Source: Candidatus Geohabitans tengchongensis (GTDB lineage Bacteria; Sysuimicrobiota; Sysuimicrobiia; Sysuimicrobiales; Humicultoraceae). Taken from it: a stretch of 16,142 bases of DNA. This document shows, piece by piece, positions 15,598-16,142 of this stretch. The number at the start of each line of letters is the position of its first letter. The stretch's first letter is position 1. The position numbers were made by a program, and so were the translations under genes. The DNA is taken from NCBI GenBank assembly GCA_031459625.1, contig JAVKIH010000003.1, positions 48,959 through 65,100 on the forward strand. The letters run 5' to 3'. The notes beneath the pieces are model-generated. The model was not told where the DNA came from, did no database searches, and saw only the letters and a list, made by a program, of their open reading frames with translations.

Positions 15598-16142
15598 GTG
15601 CTGACGACGCGGTCCACCGTGCCCATCGCCGACCGGTACATCGTCCGGGAGATCCTGCCGCCCTTCCTCCTGGGCGTGGGCGGGTTCGTCGTGCTCCTCT
15701 TCGGCGACATCCTCTACACGCTGGCCGAGTTCATTGCCTCGGGGCGCATCACCCTCCAGGCGCTGGGGCGCCTGCTGGCCTACAAGCTGCCGGCCATCAT
15801 GGTGATCACCTTCCCCGTCTCCACCCTCTTCGGGGTGCTGCTGGGGCTGGGGCGGCTGGCGCGCGACCGCGAGCTGCAGGCGATGCGCCTGGCCGGGATG
15901 AGCCTGGGCCGGCTCTTCGCCCCGGTGCTGGCCTTCGCGCTGGCCATGGCCGCGGTGACCTTCCTCACCAACGAGTACTTCGCCCCCTGGGCCAACCACC
16001 AGGCCAACACCCCGGTGCGGCGCGCCGCCTTCGGGGAGGCCTTCCCCCAGGTGCGGGAGCAGGTCTTCTTCCGCGCGCCCGGCAACCGCTTCTTCTACGT
16101 CGAGCGGGTGGACGACGCGGAGCGGCGGTTGCAGAACGTCAT
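15598..16142 (+). CDS. LptF/LptG-family LPS export permease, 3'-partial (start GTG 15598 or 15619)
   Basis: Not in the ORF track because it runs off the window. My translation: ..PIADRYIVREILPPFLLG..YKLPAIMVITFPVSTLFGVLLGLGRLARDRELQAMRLAGMSLGRLFAPV..NEYFAPWAN, the YjgP/YjgQ pattern. Confidence 0.9.
   Translation, partial: MLTTRSTVPIADRYIVREILPPFLLGVGGFVVLLFGDILYTLAEFIASGRITLQALGRLLAYKLPAIMVITFPVSTLFGVLLGLGRLARDRELQAMRLAGMSLGRLFAPVLAFALAMAAVTFLTNEYFAPWANHQANTPVRRAAFGEAFPQVREQVFFRAPGNRFFYVERVDDAERRLQNV

Noticed and set aside
11882..15999. 821-aa and 555-aa antisense ORFs
   Set aside because: Shadow ORFs opposite the ABC, BtuF-like and LptF/G genes; no recognisable domains.
11016..16142. Genomic island integrated at selC, a known integration hotspot
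   Set aside because: No integrase, no duplicated tRNA 3' end seen in the window, and host-like composition downstream.

Overview
High-GC bacterial window, probably from a diderm (LptF/LptG gene; Tat-exported binding protein without a lipobox). It is mostly housekeeping. From left to right: the 3' end of a YhaN/SbcC-like AAA ATPase; a sigma70-type promoter and structured leader; RNase Y (rny); an antisense segment carrying a truncated DinB domain fused to a nucleotidyltransferase; a tightly coupled ymdB-PHP-selA-selB run; a convergent secreted multi-domain protein; tRNA-Sec (selC, anticodon UCA); a CUT1-type ABC importer (two permeases and a Tat-signal binding protein, no ATPase); a signal-less Cys-rich BtuF-like protein; and the 5' part of an LptF/LptG permease. 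I see no CRISPR array, integrase or transposase. The best leads are the rny control region (uORF, terminator-like hairpin, AU-rich linker, second hairpin, probable ATC start), the DinB-NTase chimera separating rny from ymdB, a tRNA-Sec with an A-G apposition at the base of the acceptor stem, and a uORF coupled to the ABC operon that may come from a short duplication. All family calls are from motif recognition by eye; no searches were run.
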